Positions 49,891-59,642 of a stretch of DNA of 64,000 nucleotides are shown here, in pieces. Source of the stretch: a virus; the IMG/VR virus record IMGVR_UViG_3300035698_022838, positions 64,001 to 128,000 of that record; one strand, 5' to 3'. The notes below the pieces were generated by a model that saw only the letters and a list, made by a program, of their open reading frames with translations, was not told the origin of the DNA and did no database searches. The translations under genes were made by a program, and so were the position numbers. Within the stretch, counting starts at the first letter, position 1; every line of letters begins with the position of its first letter.

Positions 49891-51594
49891 TTATGCTATA
49901 CCGCCTAATGGGATATTAACATGGAATCCAATATACATTGTTTCTGGATGGAAGCCTGCTTCCACTAGAGCGTATCTAGATTTAACTGCAATCTTAGGAG
50001 ACATTGTACCTTCTGAGATTGTTTGGATTGATTCTGCCATCATATAAGGCATGAATTTTAGACCTGGTTCATCATCACCACCTTTTCTTCCAATAAGTAC
50101 TCTATTATCGTTGAACTTCATGTTTTGATCAACATATACAGTCATACCTGCAAGCGAACCTACTGGGTAAAGTGTACCGTTGTTTTGAGTCAATGTGTTA
50201 GAGAATGGAGCAAAAGTGAACTGAGAAATATCTTGCAATGCACTTGCAACGTTAGCGTTAGTAACGATGAAGTTAGCAGGACCTCTTCTTCCTCTGTTAG
50301 ATACTACGTTAGCAGCAGCTAGAATTCTAGAGAATAATCTTCTTTGTAGAGTTGATAAGTTCTCATATGTTCCTGTAGCAGGGCCAGCAGGAGCACCAGC
50401 AGTACCAACAACGCTTGTAACTGCGTTATCATCTTTACCAATATAAGAAGGTATAGTATAACTACCAGCAGTACCACCAATAACTAGGTTAAGGTTTAAA
50501 AGCTGACCTTCAGTTGTATAAAAATCACTGTGATTTGACCAACCTAAAGCAAATGCTCTAGAAAGGATATGCTTATTAATAGCCTGAGAAACCTCGTTAA
50601 CAAGTGCGTTCTCGATCATAGAAATAACATCGATACCGAATTGCTTGTTAAGGTCTTGGATTTGCTCAGTTGTCACTGAAGCAGCTACTTGGAAAGTGTC
50701 AGCCTCAACGAATTTCGTGAACGTTGAAAGTCCCATTGACTGGTAGTAATTAGTCTCACCATATGCTCTTAACATTGGATTATATGACTTAGTACCGTCA
50801 ACAAATGGTCCTTGCCAGTCGTCAGTATTCTGGAAACCAGCTCCAGAGAAACCTTGAATATGATCTTCAAGTGCTTTTACTAGTTCTGCAGAAGCAGTAG
50901 TACTACCAACTTGAGCTCCGTCAAGTGCATTACCAATCTTAGTTGCTCCACCATCAATAACTGAACCAATTGATTCACCTGCTGTAAGAGCAGTAACTTT
51001 AAATATTGGGTAGCAGTCAATTCTAGAAAGACCAATAAACTCAGTAGTAATATATGCACTAGCTGAAGTTGCATTAGTGATATAGAAAGTTGTACCAACT
51101 ACAAGAAGAGCCATTGATGTTTGAGTAGTAACACGTACTTTGATCATTGTAGGTGCAGCAGCAAGTGCGTCAGCAGCTGTGCTTCCTACGCTTGTTGGAC
51201 TTAATTTTCCACCTGCGTATACGTAATCTAAATAAGATAGTACGCCTGTAGGTCCAGACATTGGGATAACAGGTACGATGTCAAATCCAACAGTCTTCGC
51301 AGCTACCTGAATAGCTAATGGAAGTAATGAAGGAAATTTATCACCTGATCCTTGATTTGATGTGGTATAAAAACCAGCATTTGCGTTACCTGTAGTAGGG
51401 AACGTTGGAGGTGCAACTGCACCCATGCCATTCACAACGTTCAGAGACTGATATGCACCAGCTGATTCGTTTAATGAATGATAATGGCAATACTTAGATA
51501 GCCATTCTTTTTTTTCGGTATCTACGATTCCGGCCTTCTGCTCAATTATAGGAGACCATGTTTCGAAAATTTCCGCTTCGTTAATTAATTTCAT
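49891..51594 (-). CDS. gp23: Major capsid protein (T4 gp23-like)
   Basis: 'FDIVPVIPMSGPTG', 'EQIQDLNKQFGID', 'RGRRGPANFIV', 'VGSLAGMTVYVD', 'PKIAVKSRYAL'; biased codon usage. Confidence 0.93.
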   Translation of the reverse strand: MKLINEAEIFETWSPIIEQKAGIVDTEKKEWLSKYCHYHSLNESAGAYQSLNVVNGMGAVAPPTFPTTGNANAGFYTTSNQGSGDKFPSLLPLAIQVAAKTVGFDIVPVIPMSGPTGVLSYLDYVYAGGKLSPTSVGSTAADALAAAPTMIKVRVTTQTSMALLVVGTTFYITNATSASAYITTEFIGLSRIDCYPIFKVTALTAGESIGSVIDGGATKIGNALDGAQVGSTTASAELVKALEDHIQGFSGAGFQNTDDWQGPFVDGTKSYNPMLRAYGETNYYQSMGLSTFTKFVEADTFQVAASVTTEQIQDLNKQFGIDVISMIENALVNEVSQAINKHILSRAFALGWSNHSDFYTTEGQLLNLNLVIGGTAGSYTIPSYIGKDDNAVTSVVGTAGAPAGPATGTYENLSTLQRRLFSRILAAANVVSNRGRRGPANFIVTNANVASALQDISQFTFAPFSNTLTQNNGTLYPVGSLAGMTVYVDQNMKFNDNRVLIGRKGGDDEPGLKFMPYMMAESIQTISEGTMSPKIAVKSRYALVEAGFHPETMYIGFHVNIPLGGIA

Positions 51595-51613
51595 TGTTTT
51601 TTTACAATTTTTT

Positions 51614-53647
51614 TTAAAGCTTACCTTCGAGCGACTTCGCGACCCATGCTAGGTAATCATTTGAATACCCTTGTGGGCTTTTCGTCGTTGCCGACTCTGG
51701 TGTTTCCTGACCTTCGTTCAGTTTCTGAAGTCCGACTGGTTTAGCACCAAGTTGACGAGTTGACCAGAAATTCTTAATTTGGTACTCAGTGTCTAAGTTA
51801 TAGAAAGAAGCTTGAGCAATCACAGATTGCTTTTGTCCCTCATTTAGACCTTCCCAAAGTTCAGAATATGCTGATGGTATTTCATCAATAAATTTGTAAC
51901 CTGATGTTTCAGTGTTTTCTTCGTTTACCGCACTTACGGTCGTTTCTGCTTTTTGTGTTTGAGCAGTAGGCTCGACTTTCGTCTGTGCCTCATTTATATT
52001 ATCTTCAGTCTTTTGTGTTTTGACTGATTCTATCAATGAATCGATTTTATTACCAAGTGATGAATAATCACCTGCAAAACCAGATTCTACTAATTCTACT
52101 TTAGATGCACCTTCTGCGTTTTCTCTTGCGCTTTCATTTAAGGATGGTGCTGCTGTTCCTAATGATTCTGAGATTGATCCAACCTCATCGATATTTGTAT
52201 TCAATTTTTCTGCAATGTAATCTGAATAAGCTATACCTTTATTAAGGCCTTCTGCAATATACTCACTATAAGAAATTCCTTTATTAAGGTTTTCTGCAAT
52301 ATATTCGCTATAATTAATATCATTTTCTAATTTCTCTGCAATATATTCTGAATAAGCTATTCCCTTATCTAAATTCTCTGCCAAGTATTCTGAATATGAA
52401 ATTCCTCTATCTAAATTCTCTGCTAAGTATTCTGAATATGAAATGTTCTTACCAAGATTTTCTCCTAAATATTCTGAATATTGTAAACCATCATCGATTT
52501 TTTCTGCTAGATACTTAGAATAAGAAATGTTCTTATCTACACTTTCAGCAACATATTCTGAATATGAAATTCCTTTATCAACGTTTTCTGCAACATACTT
52601 AGAATAAGAAATATTCTTGTCTAGATTTTCAGCAATATACTTAGAGTAAGAAATACTACTATCTAAATTTTCTGCTAAATATTCGCCGTACTTAATTGCA
52701 CTATCAAGGTTTTCTGCTAGATAACCTGCGTATTTTTCAAGTTTAGTAACCCTTTCTTGTAGGGATATATCTTCAGGTGACGATTCAATGGCTTCGGGGG
52801 ATTCTACCTCAGAAGATTCCGCGACCGCTCCTACTTGTTTCATTTCACTGATCTGTCCTTCGAGTTTACCCATTGCTTCTTTAATAAAAATGGAATATTT
52901 GTTTAACTCTTCAGCAGTTACATATTCTTTGTTAGACTCCATAATGTCGGATTTATTTTTTTCTTGATCAAAAATCTTTTGAAATTCTTCGTTATTCTCA
53001 ACACTATATATCTTTACGTTTGACTCATTTTCGATACCAAAAGACTCATTTATACATTCTAGTGAATTAACCAATGAATTTTTACTCCTTGTTTCCATGA
53101 AATCTGCGTCTAAACCGCAACTTTCATACACTCTTTCAAGTTGTGCATCTGGAAATCCAGGGTCAGCTACTAAGTCATAGGTAAAGATTTTTTTAATCTG
53201 TACTTTCTTATCTGGACCAACATTTCCTGCTGCTCTTGATGAAATAGACAGTGGTATACCCTCGTCTACTAGTTTCTTAGCAATTTGTCCTGCTGGGGTA
53301 TCAAGTAATTTTACCTTAATCTTTAAAACTCTACCAGCCTCGTCATATTCTAGGTTTTCTATAACATGGGAAATATTCTTAAGAGATATGTCAAATTTCT
53401 CAGGGTGATCTAATTCACCAACGAGTCTTTTCTTACTCATTTTGGTTTTAAGATAGTCTAAATGAGGAAGATATTCGCCTTCTTCATAAATCCTTTTGTT
53501 ATTATTCTCTTTACCAAACTGAGCTGCAATACCCTGAAGAATATACTCATCGTTATTCCCAGTCTCTACCTTAGAAACAGTTAAACTGTTGTCTTGCTTT
53601 TCTAAAATAAAGAGTAATTGTTCTTCTATTGATGGAAGCTCTTTCAT
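51614..53647 (-). CDS. gp21: Prohead protease (gp21-like) fused to a scaffold/core domain
   Basis: 'NNNKRIYE', 'GELDHPE', 'SHVI', 'LLDTPAG', 'ISSRAAG', 'TYDLVADPGFPDA'; followed by 14-aa repeats. Confidence 0.9.
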   Translation of the reverse strand: MKELPSIEEQLLFILEKQDNSLTVSKVETGNNDEYILQGIAAQFGKENNNKRIYEEGEYLPHLDYLKTKMSKKRLVGELDHPEKFDISLKNISHVIENLEYDEAGRVLKIKVKLLDTPAGQIAKKLVDEGIPLSISSRAAGNVGPDKKVQIKKIFTYDLVADPGFPDAQLERVYESCGLDADFMETRSKNSLVNSLECINESFGIENESNVKIYSVENNEEFQKIFDQEKNKSDIMESNKEYVTAEELNKYSIFIKEAMGKLEGQISEMKQVGAVAESSEVESPEAIESSPEDISLQERVTKLEKYAGYLAENLDSAIKYGEYLAENLDSSISYSKYIAENLDKNISYSKYVAENVDKGISYSEYVAESVDKNISYSKYLAEKIDDGLQYSEYLGENLGKNISYSEYLAENLDRGISYSEYLAENLDKGIAYSEYIAEKLENDINYSEYIAENLNKGISYSEYIAEGLNKGIAYSDYIAEKLNTNIDEVGSISESLGTAAPSLNESARENAEGASKVELVESGFAGDYSSLGNKIDSLIESVKTQKTEDNINEAQTKVEPTAQTQKAETTVSAVNEENTETSGYKFIDEIPSAYSELWEGLNEGQKQSVIAQASFYNLDTEYQIKNFWSTRQLGAKPVGLQKLNEGQETPESATTKSPQGYSNDYLAWVAKSLEGKL
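52187..52732 (-). repeat. Coding tandem repeat, 13 x 42 bp (YSEYLAENLDKGIS)
   Basis: Counted in the translation. Confidence 0.92.
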
Positions 53648-53673
53648 TTGTTGACTTGTAGTTTATTTATTAT

Positions 53674-53681
53674 TATATATC
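53674..53681 (-). promoter_or_regulatory. Putative late promoter GATATATA for the protease-capsid operon
   Basis: Intergenic, 26 nt upstream of 53647. Confidence 0.65.
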
Positions 53682-53719
53682 TTTTTAAATTCAAAGAAAT
53701 TTGGACGTTTTTTTATAGG

Positions 53720-56404
53720 CTATTCATATTTAATACCATTCTCTATACCATTAACAAAATCAACAGCCTCTTTAAATCCCTGATCCCCTGGCTTTATTCT
53801 TATAATACGATCACCTGGTTTTTTATCTCTATTCTTGATTATAACCCTTATTGGTTTATCATTCCTATCATATCTAATTTTAGCAGATGTTATTCTTTTC
53901 CAATCTTGAATTCCTAATTTTTTCTTTAAATCATCACTTGCGAATTCATCGAATACATTTACTCCACCTTCAACATCTTCATCCTTAATTGTTAATGAAT
54001 TCTTTCTTTCCTTTATTCTAACATCACCTTTTGTAGTTTTTATTGCTTCTCCTCCCTCGTCCGCATCATCTTCCCTTTCTATTGGGTCAATTTCTACTCC
54101 ATCCTCTTCATCAGGTCCAACAGGTTTTTTAACCCCGATTTCTATTAAACCATATCTAGGCTCATTTACAGGATCCATTGATGTAACTTCTACCGAAACT
54201 GTAGCATCTTCCTGTGGATTTAAACTATCAACACCAACTTGGAAATATTTATAAGATCCAACTTTGCCACTTTTTTCTGAATTTGCAAAAGATTTTTCCT
54301 TTACCATATATGCAATAACCACAGATTGTGGATAGTCAAGTTCTATTTGTGGTTCCAAATCATCTATGCGTTTAACATATTCATTTGCCCATTCATTTTC
54401 ACTTTTAAATTCTTTTTTCTCTTTACCTTCTTCTTTATCTTCTTCTTCTAAAATAGCATCATTAAAACTATTGAATGAATGTAGTGACTTAGAAAATGCT
54501 ACATCCGATTCATAACTCTCAACTAATTTTGTATTTCTGTCGACAGGAAATAATTCTGCAACATCCATAGCTTCTAATGACTTTTGACCAATCAACGTAC
54601 CACTTACATTTATATCATCCCCATTATCATTTTTATAGTGGAATTCGTATGTAGGTTTAGCACTTCCAGGTACTTTAAATGGACTATCTGGTGCATTATT
54701 ATATGCTTCTTTTATTTTCTCCCAGTCGCCATAACCAGCAAAACCAGTAGGATATGTGTATTCAACAATATCAGGAATTAGAATAGTTTCAAATTCTAAA
54801 TCGTCATTATCTAAATATCCTCTTTCGAAAACATCTGAATTATTAAATGCTAACATTATAAGGTCATTGTCTTTGAGTAGTTTTTCGTAGGATTTTGAGT
54901 TTACATTAGCTAGTATGAAAATTGATTTTTCATCAAACTCACCAATCTTAACAAGACTCATAGTCGTTCTCGTATCATTAGAACCTATTAAACTTCCAAG
55001 TTCTTGTCCAAAATTAGAATTCTCGTCCATTGTCCAACAAACTGTAATTGGTTTTCCAGTTTCAATTTGTGCAGGATTGAATTTCTTATACGCAAAATCT
55101 TTTACCTTAGTATACGTAGGTGCTTGGTTAGAACTAGCCCAATTAAAAATTCGTTGTACTCCACCAACAATTTCAATCGCAGCAGCAACTATCCAACCAA
55201 CAGGATTCGAAGCAAGACCAACTCTTGCAAGAGTTTTAATAGCAACTTTACCTGCTCCTCTAGCAGCAATTTTAGTTATGAGTCTAGCAGTAGTCTTACC
55301 TATAACACCTTTAGTAGCACCAAGTTTAGTAAATGCTGTTCTAGCTGCACCTTGACCTAATTTCTTTCCGGTTTTAACACTATACATAACGCCTCTTCTC
55401 ATAAATGAGCCACCACTTTTTGCACTTGCTTTAGATACTACTACTTTTTTACCACCATTCTTAGCCCAATTTTTAAGTGCTGTCCATCCTGCTTTACCAG
55501 TTTTTCCTGCTTTACTTGTTCCAGCTGCTCCAGCTGTACTCGCTGCTTTACCAAATATTAAATTACCAACTTTTGGGAACGTATGTCTAAATGTATTATA
55601 TGCAAGTTTACCTTTGCCCCAATTATTATAAACACCGCCTACTGCTTTATACATTTTCCATACACTATACACACTAGCCGCACCCCATGCAACTGCCCAT
55701 GTAGCACCAACACCAAGAATAGCAAGTCCTACATCTCGTGAATAATTATTAGTCTTCTCTATGAATGTACCTGGATCATCAATTTTACCTAATGGTATAC
55801 TATGATCTAGATTAGCTAATATAACTGCTCCATTTTCATTAAGGGTTGTTATTCTAACTACTTGTCTAGCAGTTTCATTAGTATTACCTTCACCGTCAAT
55901 TTGATCTATTATTACTCCATATGGTATATTTTTTTCAAGATCTTCTATATTAAGCACATCTTTTATTTCACCAGAATCTCTTAAAGCTTCTATTGCAAAA
56001 CCAAGTTTTATGTATTTTTTAAGTGATTCTTTTGAACCACTAGTATTACCTTCAGCTTCTAATAATTTATGATATTTCTGAAACGATATGAATTTACCAT
56101 CTTCAGTAAGATTAGTTAAATTTTCATTAATAATGCTACCTTTAACAGAATCTCTTGCTAGTAAACTCTCTAATAAACGCTCACTAGAAAAATCTTCATC
56201 ATTTTCAACTGCCTCTGCTTGCCATTCTCTTGGGTTTTTCTCCAACCACTTATTCCAATCTTCTGAGTATGCCCACCATTGGAAATCATTAAAATCAGTT
56301 TCTTCACCCTTTCTATCTAATGGTAATGTCATTATGGGGAACATATTACTCTCACCTTTACTTGATGTTGTATATTTAACACCCTTTTTAAAAACTAAAA
56401 TCAT
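53720..56404 (-). CDS. Large probable internal/ejection protein with hydrophobic segments
   Basis: 'VGLAILGVGATWAVAWGAASVYSVW', 'LASNPVGWIVAAAIEIVGG', G/A/K-rich linker; internal targeting/cleavage-like motifs. Confidence 0.55.
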   Translation of the reverse strand: MILVFKKGVKYTTSSKGESNMFPIMTLPLDRKGEETDFNDFQWWAYSEDWNKWLEKNPREWQAEAVENDEDFSSERLLESLLARDSVKGSIINENLTNLTEDGKFISFQKYHKLLEAEGNTSGSKESLKKYIKLGFAIEALRDSGEIKDVLNIEDLEKNIPYGVIIDQIDGEGNTNETARQVVRITTLNENGAVILANLDHSIPLGKIDDPGTFIEKTNNYSRDVGLAILGVGATWAVAWGAASVYSVWKMYKAVGGVYNNWGKGKLAYNTFRHTFPKVGNLIFGKAASTAGAAGTSKAGKTGKAGWTALKNWAKNGGKKVVVSKASAKSGGSFMRRGVMYSVKTGKKLGQGAARTAFTKLGATKGVIGKTTARLITKIAARGAGKVAIKTLARVGLASNPVGWIVAAAIEIVGGVQRIFNWASSNQAPTYTKVKDFAYKKFNPAQIETGKPITVCWTMDENSNFGQELGSLIGSNDTRTTMSLVKIGEFDEKSIFILANVNSKSYEKLLKDNDLIMLAFNNSDVFERGYLDNDDLEFETILIPDIVEYTYPTGFAGYGDWEKIKEAYNNAPDSPFKVPGSAKPTYEFHYKNDNGDDINVSGTLIGQKSLEAMDVAELFPVDRNTKLVESYESDVAFSKSLHSFNSFNDAILEEEDKEEGKEKKEFKSENEWANEYVKRIDDLEPQIELDYPQSVVIAYMVKEKSFANSEKSGKVGSYKYFQVGVDSLNPQEDATVSVEVTSMDPVNEPRYGLIEIGVKKPVGPDEEDGVEIDPIEREDDADEGGEAIKTTKGDVRIKERKNSLTIKDEDVEGGVNVFDEFASDDLKKKLGIQDWKRITSAKIRYDRNDKPIRVIIKNRDKKPGDRIIRIKPGDQGFKEAVDFVNGIENGIKYE

Positions 56405-56421
56405 ATTTTCTTTTTTATTAA

Positions 56422-57213
56422 TTATTCGGAATAAATCCTGGAATAAGCTTTAGAAGCTAAATCTATTAGCTTCTCTATATATCCTTCATTTCTGAGCTTT
56501 TTAAAGGCGAGATTACCAATAGAAAGTTCTCCTCCATCGGAAAGTCCTTCCTTTCTCATCTTCTGTATTTTCTCTTTGAGTTTCAGTAACCTATCATAAA
56601 GCTCTTTCGCATCTTTAGGTAGATCCGGAATTAATATAAGTTTAGATTCTAATTTGTTTAAATCAGAAACTATTCCCTCGAATTTTTTATTAACGTCCTG
56701 ATCATCAATATCTGGTGGATTAAATTTAGGTTTTTTAATCCATTTATTTTCTTTTAGCGAATATAAACCAGATGCAACATGAGGTTCTTTAGTATCTTGG
56801 ATATAAAGTTCAACATCATGCCCTCTCATAACTATATCATGTCTTAGATTCCAAATAAATCTAACACCATCTACTGCTGCTTTTGTAACTTTCTTTGGTG
56901 CTTTTATTTTATTCAGGTCAATTAGTACATGTATATCTAAATCTGATTTAGACGTATATGTGTAATTAGCACTAGAGCCGGTTAATTGAATATCATCTAT
57001 TGGGGTAGTACCAAGAATATCATCGAATTTCTCATAGAAATCCTTAGCTATTTTCAAAAGTTTCTTTCTAACTAATGAATCGAAGACCCATTTTACTTCT
57101 CCATCCTTCTTTTTATACCTATCCCAAAATTTTGGATTAAGTTCGTCATTATAGAAGGATCCTATTTTCTTCTCGTTTATAGAGAAATCTTTAAAGTCTT
57201 TTACTGTATTCAC
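56422..57213 (-). CDS. Pol-beta-superfamily nucleotidyltransferase
   Basis: 'LTGSSANYTYTSKSDLDIHVL' and 'DVELYIQD'; GTG start. Confidence 0.8.
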   Translation of the reverse strand: MNTVKDFKDFSINEKKIGSFYNDELNPKFWDRYKKKDGEVKWVFDSLVRKKLLKIAKDFYEKFDDILGTTPIDDIQLTGSSANYTYTSKSDLDIHVLIDLNKIKAPKKVTKAAVDGVRFIWNLRHDIVMRGHDVELYIQDTKEPHVASGLYSLKENKWIKKPKFNPPDIDDQDVNKKFEGIVSDLNKLESKLILIPDLPKDAKELYDRLLKLKEKIQKMRKEGLSDGGELSIGNLAFKKLRNEGYIEKLIDLASKAYSRIYSE

Positions 57214-57253
57214 AAAAAAGGATTATTTGGTTTATATATCCAAATAATCCTTT
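57214..57253 (-). terminator. Terminator hairpin with the putative late promoter in its loop
   Basis: 14-bp stem aaaggattatttgg/ccaaataatccttt; GATATATA at 57233-57240; U-tract runs into the GTG start. Confidence 0.8.
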
Positions 57254-57276
57254 GAGTTATTCTTATGCTCTATTAT

Positions 57277-57621
57277 TTATGGTGGTCCTGTAGGAAATAG
57301 TGGTTGTCGATATTTATACGTCAGATCACATTTCTTACATGCAACCTTTCCATCTGTGATAATTCCAGAGTGGAACCATTTACAATACTCTAGTTTTATA
57401 TAATTAAGGAATTTAGAAATTGAGGAAGAAATAGTAAATCTAACATACCTATATTTCCAATATTTTATGACGAACCATGAGGTTGGGCTTATTAAACCAG
57501 GAATATTTAAGCCATATTTAATTCCACCATTTCCCCAATCCTTACAATAACTGCACCTACATACTATCCAATCATCACCCCATGTTGATCTACCTTTTAT
57601 ATGAACATCATGCAATATCAT
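57277..57621 (-). CDS. Hypothetical Cys-containing protein
   Basis: 114 aa, CxCxxC and CxxC motifs. Confidence 0.5.
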   Translation of the reverse strand: MILHDVHIKGRSTWGDDWIVCRCSYCKDWGNGGIKYGLNIPGLISPTSWFVIKYWKYRYVRFTISSSISKFLNYIKLEYCKWFHSGIITDGKVACKKCDLTYKYRQPLFPTGPP

Positions 57622-57857
57622 TACTTTACAAAATGTGGTTTATTATCAAATACTTCCCACCATAAATGTCTCCAACCTGGTTGGATATAATGGCTTCTTT
57701 CAGCTTTATTTAATATTCGATGTCCTCCACTTTTACTCACATGTAAATGTGTTGGTTCTTTGATTGTAATAGTCTCACCATCCGGATATTTATAAGTTCT
57801 ATATCTTTCGCTACTAATATCAGTAAATTCTAATCCGCTTTCGTTTCTTAATTCCAT
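57621..57857 (-). CDS. Hypothetical protein
   Basis: 78 aa, TAATG-coupled to the downstream gene. Confidence 0.7.
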   Translation of the reverse strand: MELRNESGLEFTDISSERYRTYKYPDGETITIKEPTHLHVSKSGGHRILNKAERSHYIQPGWRHLWWEVFDNKPHFVK

Positions 57858-57859
57858 AT

Positions 57860-58024
57860 TTATGTTGTTTTTAGATCGTTTACAATTTCACTTAAAAGCA
57901 TATAATACATATTTCCCATAGTCATTGCATCATCATTTCCCTCCATCTGCGACTCTAATCCAAGTTTCAACTCTTCAAAACCCTTTAGCTTTTCTTTGTA
58001 TTTTTCTAATAGTAGATTTTCCAT
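57860..58024 (-). CDS. Small hypothetical protein (54 aa, not in the ORF track)
   Basis: MENLLLEKYKEKLKGFEELKLG...NDLKTT*; TAATG overlap with the exonuclease stop; fills the gap exactly. Confidence 0.65.
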   Translation of the reverse strand: MENLLLEKYKEKLKGFEELKLGLESQMEGNDDAMTMGNMYYMLLSEIVNDLKTT

Positions 58025-58731
58025 TATCTAGCTGTTAATATCAAAATGTCAACTACTGCTTTTACATCTCTTTCACAATAATCCTTAATTTGTTCGATTT
58101 TTCCTTCAACCCAATAAGCTTCACTTACCATAGATCCATCCATATCTTCCTTTGGCGACTGTATACCTAGTGAACATGCTAAAAGATCTAAGCTTAAATA
58201 TTTCTGTTGACTCCAACTACCAAAAGCAAAAACTTCAGATGTATCGATATATGCAATCTCCCAAGGTTTTTTACCGAATACCATCAAGTTAGTAGGTACG
58301 GTATGTGATGATTTGGACGTGTAAATTATTCTCTTAGCTATACAAGGTACATCAAAACCTTTAACATTATGTCCAGTGATCTTTAAACCTTTATCTGCGG
58401 CATTCTGTAATACCTTAGCAGTATTCATTAAAATCTCTTCCTCGTTAGCACCATAGAAAGATGTTATTCTAGCACTCTCGTCATGCCATATACCAATTGA
58501 AACACACACTATTCTAGCAAATTCTGGTTCTAAGCTTGCTTTCTCTTTATAGATTTCAGCATTTGTAGCAGTAGAAAATTCAGGATATGCTCCTTTATAA
58601 TACTTACATCTACGATCCCACATTTTGGCTAAACGGGAATTTTCTTTTTCCATTGTTTCGTAATCTGGATAACCTGTTGCGGTTTCAACATCCAAAAACA
58701 AACACTTGTCTAATTGACTCTTGTCTATCAT
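58024..58731 (-). CDS. 3'-5' exonuclease (PolB proofreading-like, DEDDy)
   Basis: 'LFLDVET', 'GHNVKGFDVP', 'IKDYCERDV'. Confidence 0.88.
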   Translation of the reverse strand: MIDKSQLDKCLFLDVETATGYPDYETMEKENSRLAKMWDRRCKYYKGAYPEFSTATNAEIYKEKASLEPEFARIVCVSIGIWHDESARITSFYGANEEEILMNTAKVLQNAADKGLKITGHNVKGFDVPCIAKRIIYTSKSSHTVPTNLMVFGKKPWEIAYIDTSEVFAFGSWSQQKYLSLDLLACSLGIQSPKEDMDGSMVSEAYWVEGKIEQIKDYCERDVKAVVDILILTAR

Positions 58732-59609
58732 TATTTTTTAAGTTTTTTATTTATAACTATTGGCTTTAGTGACATAGCCTCTGATCTGTATTTAATACAT
58801 GCTTTTTCTTCAACCGGTGAATCTAACAAAACATCCATCTTAAGGCCAAAAGTTGGTATGCGTCTTGTTAGATAGTCTGTTGTTTTAGTACTGAGTATTT
58901 TTCCGCCCTCGTCAATATCATCTGATTCACTATGTATGAATAATGGATTACTATCAAACCACGTAGAGCAACTTAAGAATAAAGCTTCTCTGATGGATAA
59001 ACCACCACTATTGAATCCATGGGCTAGAAATCTAAAACATATTGGTATATTAGTTCTGTAATAAATACCAGACATTAAATCAGTTACTGAAAAAAGACTT
59101 GGTTTGTCATCATTACAAACGATTAGTAACTTTTGGATGAATTTAGGAAGTAATTCAACTTCATCACAGAATCTACTCATGGTTTTCTTACGTGCGCCGT
59201 ACGCGCTCCCGATGCGAATTATTATAGAGGGTTCTTCCACACCAATAGCTTCTAGAAATCCACCCATTAATGTAAGAGTGGTTTTGGTTGTACCCAAACT
59301 TTCTGGTAATTGACTGCCAAGAAAATAAAAAGCTGGTAAATAGAAAACAATTCTATTCCCCTTTCTAATTCTTTGAGTGATATTATTTAACAATTCACTA
59401 TACTCATCATCCTCTTCAACTATAGATACATCAGGAAATGTGATATTTATTGGAAAATTAAAACAAGAAACCTTTAAACCATTTTTATGGTCTAGGTCAA
59501 GTCTTTTGTCTATTATGGTAAGAAATTCTGCTAGAGAATTAATCGGAGGGATCTTAAATAGATCTCTATTAATACATCCTAAATTATTGCTATCTCTACT
59601 TAATATCAT
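58731..59609 (-). CDS. UV-damage endonuclease (UvdE/UvsE)-like protein, apparently lacking catalytic residues
   Basis: 'IGSAYGARKKTMSRF', 'NDDKPSLFSVTDL', 'IPICF', 'STW', 'HSES' align to UVDE, but the metal ligands are substituted. Confidence 0.7.
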   Translation of the reverse strand: MILSRDSNNLGCINRDLFKIPPINSLAEFLTIIDKRLDLDHKNGLKVSCFNFPINITFPDVSIVEEDDEYSELLNNITQRIRKGNRIVFYLPAFYFLGSQLPESLGTTKTTLTLMGGFLEAIGVEEPSIIIRIGSAYGARKKTMSRFCDEVELLPKFIQKLLIVCNDDKPSLFSVTDLMSGIYYRTNIPICFRFLAHGFNSGGLSIREALFLSCSTWFDSNPLFIHSESDDIDEGGKILSTKTTDYLTRRIPTFGLKMDVLLDSPVEEKACIKYRSEAMSLKPIVINKKLKK

Positions 59610-59642
59610 TAATGATTTTAGTAGATAATAGATAGAAAGTTT

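Noticed and set aside
52187-52732. 42-bp periodic repeats as a possible CRISPR array
   Set aside because: No unique spacers; in-frame coding repeats with wobble variation
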